From a virus, in IMG/VR virus record IMGVR_UViG_2509601035_000003: a stretch of 64,000 nt of DNA; one strand, 5' to 3'. Positions 1 through 10,016 of the stretch are shown one piece after another. Position numbers and translations under genes: made by a program. A model generated the notes under the pieces. That model was not told the origin of the DNA, made no database searches, and was given only the letters and a program-made list of their open reading frames with translations. Each line of letters opens with the position of its first letter. Position 1 is the stretch's first letter.

Positions 1-671
1 CTGCGCCCGGCTTCATAGGCGATATCGACCAGCACCTCGGCATAGTCGCGCAGGGACACATTGCCCGGAAGCGCTGCGGGCTGCCTTTTCATAAAGGCGG
101 TGATGGCCTCGGCATAGATCCGGAGTTGCAGACGGTCGCGCTCCTCTGCGGCTTCGTCGCGATCCAGCCCGAATTCCGGGGATTCATGTCCGTCGAGGAA
201 GTTCTGCAACTCGCCCAGCCGGAAAACGTCGTAGCGCGTAGGATATTCCGGCAGGCAGCGTTCCACGAAATCTTCCGTAAGATCGCTTGTCGTCTGCGGC
301 GCAGCTTCGGCGGACGGGATGAAATCGTATTCTTCCAGCCATTCGACGATGCCTTGCAGGGTATCGCAGGAGAGATTTTCAAGCGGAAGCGGGAAACCAT
401 CCCCGCCGTCCATCAGGCAGACGGGAGTCAGCCCGTCCTCACAAAATTCGAGGGAGATTACATTGCGATAAAGACCGTCGTATCTGATTGTAAGGGGCGA
501 CTCGTAATACTCCTCGTAGGCGAGGCCGTCCGTATCTGCCAGCCGCTCGCGGTCTGTCGCATCGGCCAGATAGGTTCCCAGGCGCCCTTGCCGGCTGGCG
601 ATGACCGAACGGATGACACCGATCTGATAAGTACGCAGTTTTTCGAGTGTTTCTTTGTTTTTCATAGTCAT
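1..671 (-). CDS. Hypothetical ICE protein, truncated by the window edge (not in the ORF track)
   Basis: Manual translation from ATG 671 (MTMKNKETLEKLRTYQIG...) stays open to position 1 and is co-oriented with its neighbours. Confidence 0.7.
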   Translation of the reverse strand, partial: MTMKNKETLEKLRTYQIGVIRSVIASRQGRLGTYLADATDRERLADTDGLAYEEYYESPLTIRYDGLYRNVISLEFCEDGLTPVCLMDGGDGFPLPLENLSCDTLQGIVEWLEEYDFIPSAEAAPQTTSDLTEDFVERCLPEYPTRYDVFRLGELQNFLDGHESPEFGLDRDEAAEERDRLQLRIYAEAITAFMKRQPAALPGNVSLRDYAEVLVDIAYEAGR

Positions 672-682
672 AGAGAATCAAG

Positions 683-1513
683 TTATTTATAAGAAAATTC
701 CGGTCTGACGAAATAGCAGACCGCAGTATGCCGCCCGTGGTCCTTGACGAGTTTCACGGGTTGGAGCGTGTTGTAGATGCGCCGCTCTGTAACGGGAACG
801 TCGAGCGCCTTCCACTCCGTCCGGGGCAGGGCGACCTGCTCGTCCCGGTAGCCCCAGACGATGACCGACTTCGGATTGGGAGCCGCGAATACCGTTCCTT
901 CGCAATCGGAGAGAAACCGTCGGAACTCCTCCTCCGTCCGGAACGAAATACAGTCGCCGCGGTAAAGGTTACCATGCAGGTTCTCCGTATCTTTGTAAAG
1001 GCTGATCTTGCGCCATTTCTCGGTGGAGAAATCACCGTAGAGCGGATCGCCTTCCCGGAATTCCCACAGCGGCACCTCGGCGCAGAACCGGACGACTCCG
1101 TTGCCGCAGGCGCCGCAATGGCCCCAAGCACAGAAATCCCCCGGCATAGCACCGGAAGGCTTCAGTTCTTGCGGCATCACGGCTGTAAAAGGCCCTCCGC
1201 TGACCGAGCAGCCGATACCGTCGGCTGTCGCCCACACGAAAGGCACGTAAGGGCACAGGCAGATCGAGCGCATTCCGTCTTCACGGACCGCCTCGATCAA
1301 GGCGTTGCCATGGAAGTCGCCGTGGCGCGTGGTATAGCGCACCCGGTCGCCGACCTGCGGGACAAGCGGGTTGCGGGTACGTTCGATATGACGCACCAAA
1401 GCATTGGCGGCATCTACGTCCTCTTGCGTCAGGCAATGTTCATGGTCGTAAAGCGTATTCATCGGCAGCAGTGTTTCGCGGCTGTACCGATCTTCGGTTT
1501 TATCTTGTTGCAT
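683..1513 (-). CDS. Conserved CTn protein (DUF4121-like)
   Basis: 276 aa; PQVGDRVRY, SGGPF and FCAWGHCGACGNG motifs. Confidence 0.65.
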   Translation of the reverse strand: MQQDKTEDRYSRETLLPMNTLYDHEHCLTQEDVDAANALVRHIERTRNPLVPQVGDRVRYTTRHGDFHGNALIEAVREDGMRSICLCPYVPFVWATADGIGCSVSGGPFTAVMPQELKPSGAMPGDFCAWGHCGACGNGVVRFCAEVPLWEFREGDPLYGDFSTEKWRKISLYKDTENLHGNLYRGDCISFRTEEEFRRFLSDCEGTVFAAPNPKSVIVWGYRDEQVALPRTEWKALDVPVTERRIYNTLQPVKLVKDHGRHTAVCYFVRPEFSYK

Positions 1514-1581
1514 ATTGCTGATAATAAAAACGCCGCGACCTTTCGGCCGCAGCGCAGATTAAACGATTTGTTTATCAAGGT

Positions 1582-2571
1582 TTAGGCAGCTTCGGACGGA
1601 ATCGCATCCGGGGTTTCCGGCTCCTGCTCTACAGCCAGCCGTTCGGAAATCATGCGTGCCGACCGGTTCACGTCCGTGAGGATGTCGAACAGGTAGGTCG
1701 GCTCTTTATGGAACTCCGCCAGCCAGTCCTTGATATAGGCAGCGCTCTCCTCGCGGGGCGTCGTGGCGAAGCCCAGCATCGCGCCGCACAGGGCCGCCGT
1801 AAGTTCGGCGACCAGTTCCTCCCGGATATAATCGGCATCGCCATAGCAAGCGCCAAAAGAACGGTTCAGACGCTCCGCATGCCCCGTGCTGTGCGTGACT
1901 TCGTGGAGAAGTGTCGTGTAGAATGCCGCGCCCTCCGGAAACTGCCGTTTTTCGGGACAGACGATCCGGTCGAGCGTCGGTGAATAAGAAGCCCTGTCAC
2001 CGGATTTGAGCAGGATGGGACAGAGCCACGACTGCTCCATCAGCATCCGGTCCAGCGGCTCGCAAGCCAAACCGTCCGAGTAGTCTTTCGGCCCGGTCGG
2101 TGTCGTAAGCGAGGAATATCGCTCCGGATGCCGCTCCTGCATATCCGTCTGGTCGATGTTGAAGACCGGGTAATAGCGCATCACGGGCAGCACGTCGTAT
2201 TGCCGCCGCTGCTCCTGCGGCAGGCGGTAGTATTCCGCCAGTTCGATCTTTTTGCGGGTCTCCTTATGGCGGATGTACAGTTTCCAGAAGAAGACCGGAA
2301 ACGACCCGGAGCCTTTGAGGATATTCAACCCCTCTTCCTTGGCTTGTTTGAAGGTCATAAAGAGCGGCGTACGATAGCCAGCGATCTCCGAGAGGAACAG
2401 CAGCATCAGGATATTCCCGCCCCGGTAGGGCGTGCCGCGCAGATTGCGCGGAAGACCGTGCGCAAGGTCGGCGATCCACGGCTTGCGCCACTCCTCGGTG
2501 AGCGTCTCCATTTTCTTTATCATCAGCTCCGTCAACTGCGGAGCGATCTTTTCAATCAGATTCTTATTCAT
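1582..2571 (-). CDS. ardC: ArdC-like antirestriction protein (ssDNA-binding + zincin domain)
   Basis: WRKPW, PRNLRGTPYRGGN, MTFKQA, LLHEVTHSTGH and YIREELVAEL motifs; start reassigned to MNKNL at 2571. Confidence 0.9.
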   Translation of the reverse strand: MNKNLIEKIAPQLTELMIKKMETLTEEWRKPWIADLAHGLPRNLRGTPYRGGNILMLLFLSEIAGYRTPLFMTFKQAKEEGLNILKGSGSFPVFFWKLYIRHKETRKKIELAEYYRLPQEQRRQYDVLPVMRYYPVFNIDQTDMQERHPERYSSLTTPTGPKDYSDGLACEPLDRMLMEQSWLCPILLKSGDRASYSPTLDRIVCPEKRQFPEGAAFYTTLLHEVTHSTGHAERLNRSFGACYGDADYIREELVAELTAALCGAMLGFATTPREESAAYIKDWLAEFHKEPTYLFDILTDVNRSARMISERLAVEQEPETPDAIPSEAA

Positions 2572-2587
2572 GGCTCTTATCTTTACG

Positions 2588-3019
2588 TTATTCTTCCTCC
2601 GGAGCGGTAGCTTGCCGCCAAAGACGGATCTTTTCGTCGTTCGTCCTGCCGTTCCACCACATGTCGCAGGCGTCGCGGAAAGCCTTGCGATCATCCTTCG
2701 GGCTGAAATTTTCCGGATTCAGTCCGGTGATAATTTCCCGGTCTTCTTCTGTCGTTCCGTCATTCCACCACGGCTCGACCGTATCGGACATCAATTCGCT
2801 CTCGCGTACCTGACGGGTGTGTTCTGCACAGTCGTCGCACCATAAGTCATCTTTGTCTTCCGCCATAGACTGTACTTCGTACGTGTTGCTGTCCACCCAG
2901 ACTTGGCAGGATACCCGCAGCGAACCGCACGCCCCGCAGCGCCACGGATCGGCGGGCATCTCTACTGTCGGTTTTTCTGCAATAGGTGTCTGTTCCGGAA
3001 TCTCTGAAATCTTATTCAT
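2588..3019 (-). CDS. Hypothetical protein with two CxxC motifs
   Basis: 143 aa; CGAC and CDDC; lies in the operon. Confidence 0.7.
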   Translation of the reverse strand: MNKISEIPEQTPIAEKPTVEMPADPWRCGACGSLRVSCQVWVDSNTYEVQSMAEDKDDLWCDDCAEHTRQVRESELMSDTVEPWWNDGTTEEDREIITGLNPENFSPKDDRKAFRDACDMWWNGRTNDEKIRLWRQATAPEEE

Positions 3020-3036
3020 AACAGTAGTAATGCAAA

Positions 3037-3063
3037 GACGGAGCAGGCATAACCTGCTCCGTC
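3037..3063. terminator. Perfect 11-bp hairpin downstream of parB
   Basis: GACGGAGCAGG-cataa-CCTGCTCCGTC. Confidence 0.55.
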
Positions 3064-3090
3064 GGTTTGGACATTTAGTTCATGTTGTTA

Positions 3091-5163
3091 CTATGCCGCC
3101 GTTTTCATCTCCTCAGGCATCCGGATATCGGGTTCGATATCCGGGTCCATAGGAATAATCAGCGGCTCCGGGGTGGGTTCTATAGCGGGCGTCTCGTCCG
3201 GCAGCAGCTCGGGCATCTCCGGTTCGGCATCCGGTGCCTCCTGCATCGAAACCGCCATCTCCTCGGCCTCGGCTTTTGCCTGCAAGGCGTCGATCTGTTC
3301 CTGAAGACGGGCTTTGCGACGCTCGTAGACTTTCAGATACTCCTGCTGCACCTTCTGGCTCTGCTCCGAGAAGTTCATATCCGCGAAGCGGCACATCATT
3401 CCCGTCAGAAGCGTTTCGTCCGTACAGCGGTACTCCGGAGCCGCCGAGCGGAAGTAGTCCACCAGATAAGCGCGAACCAGCGCCGCCTGTTGCTTGGCCG
3501 TGATACGACCCGCCGCAGCGAACTGCTCCCGGTCGGTCAGGCAAGAGCCCTCCTTAGGCCGGAAACCGCACTGGCGGAGTTTCGAGTCGCTCATTACGCG
3601 CTGCATCACGGCGTAGTAGAACATCTGCTGCTCCTCTTTCTGCAAGGGCTTGTTCGCAACTTTCACATCGAGGAAGACACGCTTCATATCGGTCGTGATA
3701 TGCTCGTAGCAGATTTCCCGGTAACGACGCTCCTGTTGCAACAGCCCCTCCAGCGGCGAAGGCGGAACGACGGTGACGAAGACCTTATGCTCATCGTCCT
3801 GCCCCTCGTTTACCGTCATTTCCCGCTCCTCATCCTCGATCTCTTCGTAGCGGAACTCGATATCGAGGTTACCGATGACGGCGTACTTGCGCACGCGCCC
3901 TTCCGAGATGTCGAACTCCAACTGCTGTGTCTCTTCGGCGAATGCCGCCATTTCGGCTTCGTACTCCTCCTGAGCCTCGGAGAACTCCTCTTCCGATTCG
4001 AACTCTTCGGCCTGCGGAGCGTCGGGCATCTGAGGGCCTTTATCGTAGTGATAAACGCTGTATTCCAGCTCTTCGACGTGATAGCCCTCTTTCTCAAGAG
4101 CTTCGAGTACTGCGGCAGGCGTTTCGCCGTCCGTAGCCAGCGTCGTACGCGGATCGTCTTTGAGGAGTTTCACAGCCTTCTGTACCAAAAACTCGTTGTT
4201 CTTGCGGATCATGCACTCGCGGTTTTGACAGCCCGCGCAGCCACCCGCGCATTCGTCCTTGAACAACACCTGATTGGCCGTGTTGTGCTGGCAGGAAAGG
4301 CACTCCGTCTTATCGAAGTTGTAGCTTTCCAGCTTGGTCATATAACGCTCGTAGAGCCGCCGGGCGATCTCCTTGATCCGCGCGGTCTTCCACGAGCTGT
4401 AACACCCCTCGGCGAAATGATCGTCGTAGACCTCCTGCTGGATGTCGGCGGGATATTTGGCGATCTCCGTAGCGACGCCCACCGAAATCTCCTCCTTGTC
4501 GAGCATCCCGGCCAGGGCATCGATCAGCTCGCAGAGTTTCAGTCGCGAGCGGATGTAGGCTTCCGACTTGCCGAACTTGCCCACGAGACTCTCGATCGTA
4601 TGCCGCCCCGACTGCAAGGCCCGCTTGTAGGCAGCGGCCTCCTCGCGCGGCCGTACGTCCTCGCGTTGCAGGTTCTCCGTGATGGCGGCATCCTCGGCCT
4701 CGGCGTCCGACAACTCCCGGATAAGGGCCGGGATGAATTTCAGGCCCGCCATTGCAGCCGCCCAATAGCGGCGCTCGCCGTAGACGATCTCGAAGCCCTC
4801 GTCCCTCGGACGCACGCAGATAGGTTGAAGAACGCCCGACTGTTTGATGCTCTCGGCAAGTTCCAGCAGCGTATCCTCGCGGAAATTCTTGCGGGGATTG
4901 TAGGTCGAATTGACGATCTTGTTCAGATCCAGCAGCCGGACATCCGTCTCGGGATGGGCTGCCGGTTGTTCGGCAGGACTGGTTTCTGCGACAGGATTCA
5001 CAGCTCCGATATCCGTTGCCTGCGGTTCGGCGGGTTTCATGTCGGGACTCCCGGCTGCAACCGGGTCTTGCGCTTGCGCCGCAACGGCCTCGGAAACGGC
5101 CGGCGTCCGAACTGCGGTCTTGCCGCCCTTCTTCGATTTCGAATTTGCTTTTGCAGTCTGCAT
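3091..5163 (-). CDS. parB: ParB/RepB/Spo0J family protein with a long acidic C-terminus
   Basis: NPRKNF, LAESIKQSGVLQPI, GERRYWAA and ENLQREDV motifs. Confidence 0.88.
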   Translation of the reverse strand: MQTAKANSKSKKGGKTAVRTPAVSEAVAAQAQDPVAAGSPDMKPAEPQATDIGAVNPVAETSPAEQPAAHPETDVRLLDLNKIVNSTYNPRKNFREDTLLELAESIKQSGVLQPICVRPRDEGFEIVYGERRYWAAAMAGLKFIPALIRELSDAEAEDAAITENLQREDVRPREEAAAYKRALQSGRHTIESLVGKFGKSEAYIRSRLKLCELIDALAGMLDKEEISVGVATEIAKYPADIQQEVYDDHFAEGCYSSWKTARIKEIARRLYERYMTKLESYNFDKTECLSCQHNTANQVLFKDECAGGCAGCQNRECMIRKNNEFLVQKAVKLLKDDPRTTLATDGETPAAVLEALEKEGYHVEELEYSVYHYDKGPQMPDAPQAEEFESEEEFSEAQEEYEAEMAAFAEETQQLEFDISEGRVRKYAVIGNLDIEFRYEEIEDEEREMTVNEGQDDEHKVFVTVVPPSPLEGLLQQERRYREICYEHITTDMKRVFLDVKVANKPLQKEEQQMFYYAVMQRVMSDSKLRQCGFRPKEGSCLTDREQFAAAGRITAKQQAALVRAYLVDYFRSAAPEYRCTDETLLTGMMCRFADMNFSEQSQKVQQEYLKVYERRKARLQEQIDALQAKAEAEEMAVSMQEAPDAEPEMPELLPDETPAIEPTPEPLIIPMDPDIEPDIRMPEEMKTAA

Positions 5164-5278
5164 AACATGTAACAGTTTTTACCGTGTGTCTCACGTGTTT
5201 ATCCGCTCGCACGAATTTTATTGTTTTTATCGCGCAAGCAATGAATAATATGTTATGAGGCTTTATATCCCGAACGGA

Positions 5279-5427
5279 TCGGTTGCCTCGGGAAGATTCA
5301 TAAGCCCGCGGCGCAGGTGCAGGGGCGGAAAAATACCGCAGCCCCGGCGAGGATGATTTTTCCGCCCCGGAGCCGGAGAGGGAGGCCCGGCCGACCGGCC
5401 CGGGATTATCTTTCCCGGGGCAACCGA
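5279..5427. promoter_or_regulatory. Nested inverted-repeat structure upstream of the parB-ardC operon (candidate ssDNA promoter or ssi)
   Basis: Outer arms 5279-5297 and 5408-5427; inner arms GGGGCGGAAAAAT (5322-5334) and ATTTTTCCGCCCC (5356-5368). Confidence 0.55.
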
Positions 5428-5526
5428 CAAGGAGATAATTTTTATGATTTCTCGGTATATATTCCGGGATATTAATAGCGTATCTGATTGAATAATGGCT
5501 TGATTAATGTAGAGTTTGCAATATAA

Positions 5527-5570
5527 CCGTAAAAAAATTACGGCATAACAAAAATAATATATTATATTTG
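5527..5570 (+). promoter_or_regulatory. Bacteroidetes -7 promoter with an upstream palindrome
   Basis: TATATTTG at 5563-5570; CCGTAA-N5-TTACGG at 5527-5543. Confidence 0.6.
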
Positions 5571-5586
5571 CAAAAATTCACCTATC

Positions 5587-6690
5587 ATGATGCTTGCAAA
5601 GTTTTCAGTCAAAAACTATCGCGGTTTTTCCGAACGTATAGAGTGGGATTTAGCCACACCTAACAATTATGAATTCAACACCGAAGTTATCAAGGACGGC
5701 ATCATTAAAAATGGGATCATCTATGGCCCTAATGGTTCTGGTAAAACAAACTTTGGGTTAGCACTCTTTGATATTGTAAACCATCTTGGTCAGAAATGGA
5801 GAAAATTGGATTACTACGCCAATTTTGTATATGTAGGAAAACTAAATGTCCCGGTGGAATTTGAATATGTATTCAAGGATGCTGACAGAATAATCAATTA
5901 TTGCTACTCAAAAAATAATATCGGGCAGCTTTTGACGGAAAAACTATCCGTCGATAATATATTAGTATTCGAACGAACCGCTCGTACATTCAACATAGAT
6001 ACCAATGAATTTCCGATGGAGAATACGACCAAACGAAATTTGAAAGATAATGCCAACAACGTATCCATTATCAACTTTTTACTCACATCATATCCGTTGG
6101 CAAAAAATCATTACCTGCTAACAGTGTTGCAATTCGTTGATTCAATGCTATGGTTCCGGTGTCTCGACACACGAGAATTTATCGGATTGGATCTTGCACC
6201 AACCAATCTTGATGAATATATCATCCAGAATAATTTAGTAAAAGATTTCAGCGAGTTTTTACACCAAGTCAGTGACCAAAAGTATCAATTCGCGAATCCT
6301 CGACCTAATGACAAACTGCTCGTTTGTAAAATAGGCGGCAGAGATGTTATCTTTGATAAGATTATCTCAACAGGCACGAATGCACTGATGCTTCTGTATT
6401 TCTGGATACAAAAAATGAGAAGCGCATCATTTGTTTTCATAGACGAGTTCGATGCCTTTTACCATTTTAAATTGGCATTCGAGGTGTGCAAGAGGTTGTT
6501 TGCTCTGGACTGTCAGGTTTTCACCTCTTCGCATAATACTTATCTGATGACGAACGACCTGCTACGGCCGGATTGCAACTTCATCGTAAACAACAATAAA
6601 ATCAAGCCTCTTAGCGCATGTACTCAAAAGGAACTTCGGTTTGGGCATAATATCGAAAAGTTATTCAGAGGTAATGCCTTTCAATTATGA
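5587..6690 (+). CDS. AAA_15/AAA_21 ABC-type ATPase (AbiLi/RloA-like)
   Basis: N-terminal KNYRGF, Walker A GPNGSGKTN, signature ISTGT, Walker B FIDEFD, H-loop SSHN. Confidence 0.88.
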   Translation: MMLAKFSVKNYRGFSERIEWDLATPNNYEFNTEVIKDGIIKNGIIYGPNGSGKTNFGLALFDIVNHLGQKWRKLDYYANFVYVGKLNVPVEFEYVFKDADRIINYCYSKNNIGQLLTEKLSVDNILVFERTARTFNIDTNEFPMENTTKRNLKDNANNVSIINFLLTSYPLAKNHYLLTVLQFVDSMLWFRCLDTREFIGLDLAPTNLDEYIIQNNLVKDFSEFLHQVSDQKYQFANPRPNDKLLVCKIGGRDVIFDKIISTGTNALMLLYFWIQKMRSASFVFIDEFDAFYHFKLAFEVCKRLFALDCQVFTSSHNTYLMTNDLLRPDCNFIVNNNKIKPLSACTQKELRFGHNIEKLFRGNAFQL

Positions 6691-7448
6691 TTTTGTTTGT
6701 TTTTGAAGGAGCCCGAAGAGAGCCGATGCTTTTTGAGAGCATAAAATATCTGTTTTTTGAAAAGGAAACGGATACGATAGTTTATTCTTTTGGAAACAAC
6801 ATTTATAATCTTTACAAGCAGATTATGGAGTTGGGAACTGGAGACATTGTATCCTTATTACGGGAAATACACCGAGGCAATGAAGAAAACCCGTTCAAAG
6901 ATATTGCCAGTTCCTCGGATTTCGCCGAAATTTACCTATTTTTCGACTATGACCTTCAACATAAATTCCTTTCTCTGGAAGAGATTAATAGTAGATTGAA
7001 GGATATGTTGGAATTATTCGACGACGAGACTTCAAACGGAAAACTTTACATAAACTATCCGATGATCGAATCGATCCGATATACGAAAGAACTTCCTGAT
7101 AGAAACTATTATCAGTATACAGTCAAATGTGCCGAATGTCATGATTTTAAGCGATTATCTTGTGAATTTAGCCATTATGACAATTTGGATTATATCTTGA
7201 TAGATCGCCATCGGACGCCTAAAATATGTTTGAATGCAAAAGATTGCTGGGAGCATCTGAAAACCATGAATGTATCGAAGGCTAATTATATATGTACAGG
7301 AGAAAATGTCATGCCTGCTGTAAAAAACGCCATAGCTCAAGATAAAATTTTTGAAGCACAACTTCAAAATTATATCAATAAGCCAGTGCCAAGCGTTGCA
7401 ATATTAAATGCCTTTCCTTTATTTATATATGATTATTTCAAGGTATAA
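6687..7448 (+). CDS. RloB/TOPRIM-like putative nuclease, partner of the ATPase
   Basis: FVFEG near the N-terminus, YLFFDYD (DxD) and NYPMIE; ATGA overlap with the ATPase. Confidence 0.65.
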   Translation: MILFVFEGARREPMLFESIKYLFFEKETDTIVYSFGNNIYNLYKQIMELGTGDIVSLLREIHRGNEENPFKDIASSSDFAEIYLFFDYDLQHKFLSLEEINSRLKDMLELFDDETSNGKLYINYPMIESIRYTKELPDRNYYQYTVKCAECHDFKRLSCEFSHYDNLDYILIDRHRTPKICLNAKDCWEHLKTMNVSKANYICTGENVMPAVKNAIAQDKIFEAQLQNYINKPVPSVAILNAFPLFIYDYFKV

Positions 7449-7567
7449 TCGAGGGTGGGGCGGAAGCCAAAGAAATGCAAAACATTTCCGATAAGACATA
7501 ATACGTTCAGATTTACGACCATTTTATAAAGAAAGGCGATAGATTATATTATCGTCTTTCTTTATTT

Positions 7568-8269
7568 CTACGCCCGTTCCACTACGACGATCTCCGCACG
7601 GCAATTCGTACGTGCGAACGGCTCCTGCATGGGTGTCCGGTGGCGGACGATAAAGTGCCGCATCGTCTCCTGCACGGATTTCGGACACGGCTTGTCGATA
7701 AAGCCGTACGGCAGAAGCAGCACGGCCCGATCGCCCGAGTGTTGCGTGCAGGAGAGCCATTGCAGGAAGGAGACACACTCCGCAATCTCGAACGGCGGAT
7801 TTGCGATGACGTTCTCGCAGCGGAAATCGATCTCTCGAAACTGCATCCGCAGTGCGGCAGCTTCGGAATAAAAACGTGCATAAAGATCAACCAGTTCCGC
7901 ATCGGTATCAAAGCCGAGGATCGCCGACGGGTGCACGCCTTCGAGGATCAGGGCGCGTGTAAGCTGCCCCGTGCCGCAGCAGGCGTCCACGACACGGCTA
8001 TCATTGTCGAAATAACGCACGGCCAGCGCCGCCATCTGGCGGGCCGTACGGTCGGGTGTCAGGTATTGCGAGGCATAGACACCCTTGCGGCGCTGTCGTT
8101 CGCACATCGCGTCATAGGGCCAGTTATCGCCGCCGTAGAGGAACGGCAGTTCATTGTGTTGCTGCCAGTAGTCGAGCACCTCCGGCAGCGTGTCCGGCCA
8201 GTAAAAGCTACGCCGCAGGTAGTAGTTCAGAAGTGCCGGGCGTTTTGTGATTCTTTCAAAGATTTTCAT
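7568..8269 (-). CDS. SAM-dependent N6-adenine methyltransferase-like protein
   Basis: QYLTP, VVDACCGTG and IANPPF motifs. Confidence 0.8.
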   Translation of the reverse strand: MKIFERITKRPALLNYYLRRSFYWPDTLPEVLDYWQQHNELPFLYGGDNWPYDAMCERQRRKGVYASQYLTPDRTARQMAALAVRYFDNDSRVVDACCGTGQLTRALILEGVHPSAILGFDTDAELVDLYARFYSEAAALRMQFREIDFRCENVIANPPFEIAECVSFLQWLSCTQHSGDRAVLLLPYGFIDKPCPKSVQETMRHFIVRHRTPMQEPFARTNCRAEIVVVERA

Positions 8270-8281
8270 ACGATCAGGTTT

Positions 8282-8584
8282 TTACTCTTTATTCTTTCGC
8301 TGCGCCGCAATCCAATCGGGATCGCCGCGGCGGTAAGCGAGGAGCTGGGCGGCGTAATCGTGGGCTTCACGGGCATTCTGCGCCCGGTAGTGGAACATCC
8401 ATTTTTGCCCGCATCGGGGACATTCCCAGACGACCATCGTGCCGGCAGGGGTTTCGGCAAGACCCAGCATACAGGGCACTACGTTGTAGTGCGGCGGTTC
8501 GAAACCACATTCATAACAGGTGTAGATACCGCGGTTATAGCGTCCCTGCGGCGGAACGCGCAGGGACAAAGGAATATCGATCAT
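8282..8584 (-). CDS. Hypothetical zinc-ribbon protein
   Basis: CYEC and CPRC; in the operon. Confidence 0.65.
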   Translation of the reverse strand: MIDIPLSLRVPPQGRYNRGIYTCYECGFEPPHYNVVPCMLGLAETPAGTMVVWECPRCGQKWMFHYRAQNAREAHDYAAQLLAYRRGDPDWIAAQRKNKE

Positions 8585-8597
8585 ATAAGTATATGGT

Positions 8598-8894
8598 TTA
8601 GGTGTTCGTATCTTCGGGCGAAGCCGCGACTCCGTCGTCTTGGCAATAGTCGAATTTCATCAGCTTGGCGACACGGGCGTACTCCTCGTCGTAGTACGTG
8701 TCGTATTCTTTCTGAAACTCCTCCTTGTAATGGGTTCCGCCGTCGGGATCGTCGGGGTCATCGGCTTCGACGAATGTTTCGAAAGGTGCATCGTGTGCGC
8801 TCAGCAGCCGTCCGACGGCCAGATCGCAGGCAATTTCCATAATCGACGTGTTGATCGCCTCCTTATGGCTACGGTAATATTCGTGTAAATTCAT
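8598..8894 (-). CDS. Hypothetical acidic protein
   Basis: 98 aa; AT-rich leader; co-oriented. Confidence 0.65.
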   Translation of the reverse strand: MNLHEYYRSHKEAINTSIMEIACDLAVGRLLSAHDAPFETFVEADDPDDPDGGTHYKEEFQKEYDTYYDEEYARVAKLMKFDYCQDDGVAASPEDTNT

Positions 8895-9011
8895 GTTTTT
8901 GTATTTTAGCGTGTTTTTAGTTCGAAGAGCTGTATTCCTGCCGAGATTCCGCAGGGATATTTCGGAGGTGTTCGCAGATATTTATGTCCGCATAACCACC
9001 GTCCGGTAGAA

Positions 9012-9413
9012 TTATTCCGGGCCACAGCCTGTTTCATGCGTCATATTCTTTCCAGAGTCGGATTTGTTCTTCCTCGGATTGTCCGTTCCACCACGCCTCG
9101 CAGGCGTCGGCAAGCACTTGGCACTTCGCTTCGGAAGGTTGTCCGTGATACAGGCTCCGTCTGCCGCCGAGTAAATCATAACCGTAGGATCTCCGTTATT
9201 GTTTTCTATATCCAGCGGATATTCCGTTCCGGGAATCTGATAGGCTGCATCTTCTTGGTAGGTCGGATCGTTCGACAGTTCGTCGAGTTGGCCGTCAGCA
9301 CACAGCTCCTTGACCTTCCGGGCTGCCGTTTCGAGACTCGCGGTTTCAATACTGAAATACCGGCAATCTATGACAGTTATTTTTTGATTCCGATAAAATT
9401 CATAGCGTTTCAT
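9012..9413 (-). CDS. Hypothetical protein
   Basis: 133 aa; the C-terminal part looks degenerate. Confidence 0.5.
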   Translation of the reverse strand: MKRYEFYRNQKITVIDCRYFSIETASLETAARKVKELCADGQLDELSNDPTYQEDAAYQIPGTEYPLDIENNNGDPTVMIYSAADGACITDNLPKRSAKCLPTPARRGGTDNPRKNKSDSGKNMTHETGCGPE

Positions 9414-9430
9414 TACACGATTATTTGAGG

Positions 9431-9639
9431 TTAATACTTCGATACTTCCAGTCCCTTTTTCGTCATGCTCATCGAAAAGCCCGCCTCGTGGAGCTGTTTC
9501 AGTACCGAAGCATTGCTTTCGTGGATAAGAATCGGATAGACGTGGGAGTAGTTGTCGGCAATCGGTGTGTTGAACGACACCGTGATCCGGTTGTTCCGTG
9601 GAAGGTATAACAGACCTTCAGTTTGAATTTTCGTCGCAT
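9431..9639 (-). pseudogene. Chimeric or frameshifted small gene
   Basis: The ATG frame (MRRKFKLKVCYTF) differs from the protein-like terminal frame (NNRITVSFNTP...GLEVSKY*). Confidence 0.4.
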
Positions 9640-9644
9640 AGTGT

Positions 9645-9968
9645 TTAAGAGTTAGCGTTGTCGTTTTCAGACCATTCGTCGACTGTCGTCGCATCGTAGA
9701 TGCCGTACCGGCGTATTTCGGCGTATGCCTGTCCTTCCCGGAGCAGGGGCTGCCGGGAGACGAACGTTCCGGAGAAGTTTGCCAAAGCCAGCGGAACGAG
9801 CCACTGGAAATCGCTGCCCCGACCGCCCATGACCTCGCACGAATGAAAATCGGCGGGAAGGGTTTCGGAATCGAGGCGACACATAGTGAAAAGAGCAGAG
9901 ATGCCGTTGATCTCGGCCTCGCGGAAATCCCTGATATCCGCGAAAGGAATGGATGATTCGTATGCCAT
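9645..9968 (-). CDS. LPD28-like domain protein
   Basis: ALFTMCRLDSETLP and ANFSGTFVSRQPL pattern. Confidence 0.55.
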   Translation of the reverse strand: MAYESSIPFADIRDFREAEINGISALFTMCRLDSETLPADFHSCEVMGGRGSDFQWLVPLALANFSGTFVSRQPLLREGQAYAEIRRYGIYDATTVDEWSENDNANS

Positions 9969-10016
9969 GATATGGAAATGACGCCGCCCGCTCGTTGCGG
10001 AGCAGGCGGCAGGTTA

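Noticed and set aside
3082..5172. 696-aa + strand ORF and many other long antisense ORFs (for example 7640-8842, 25390-26574, 37851-38996, 49868-51064)
   Set aside because: Shadow frames of GC-rich genes whose recognisable motifs are on the other strand.
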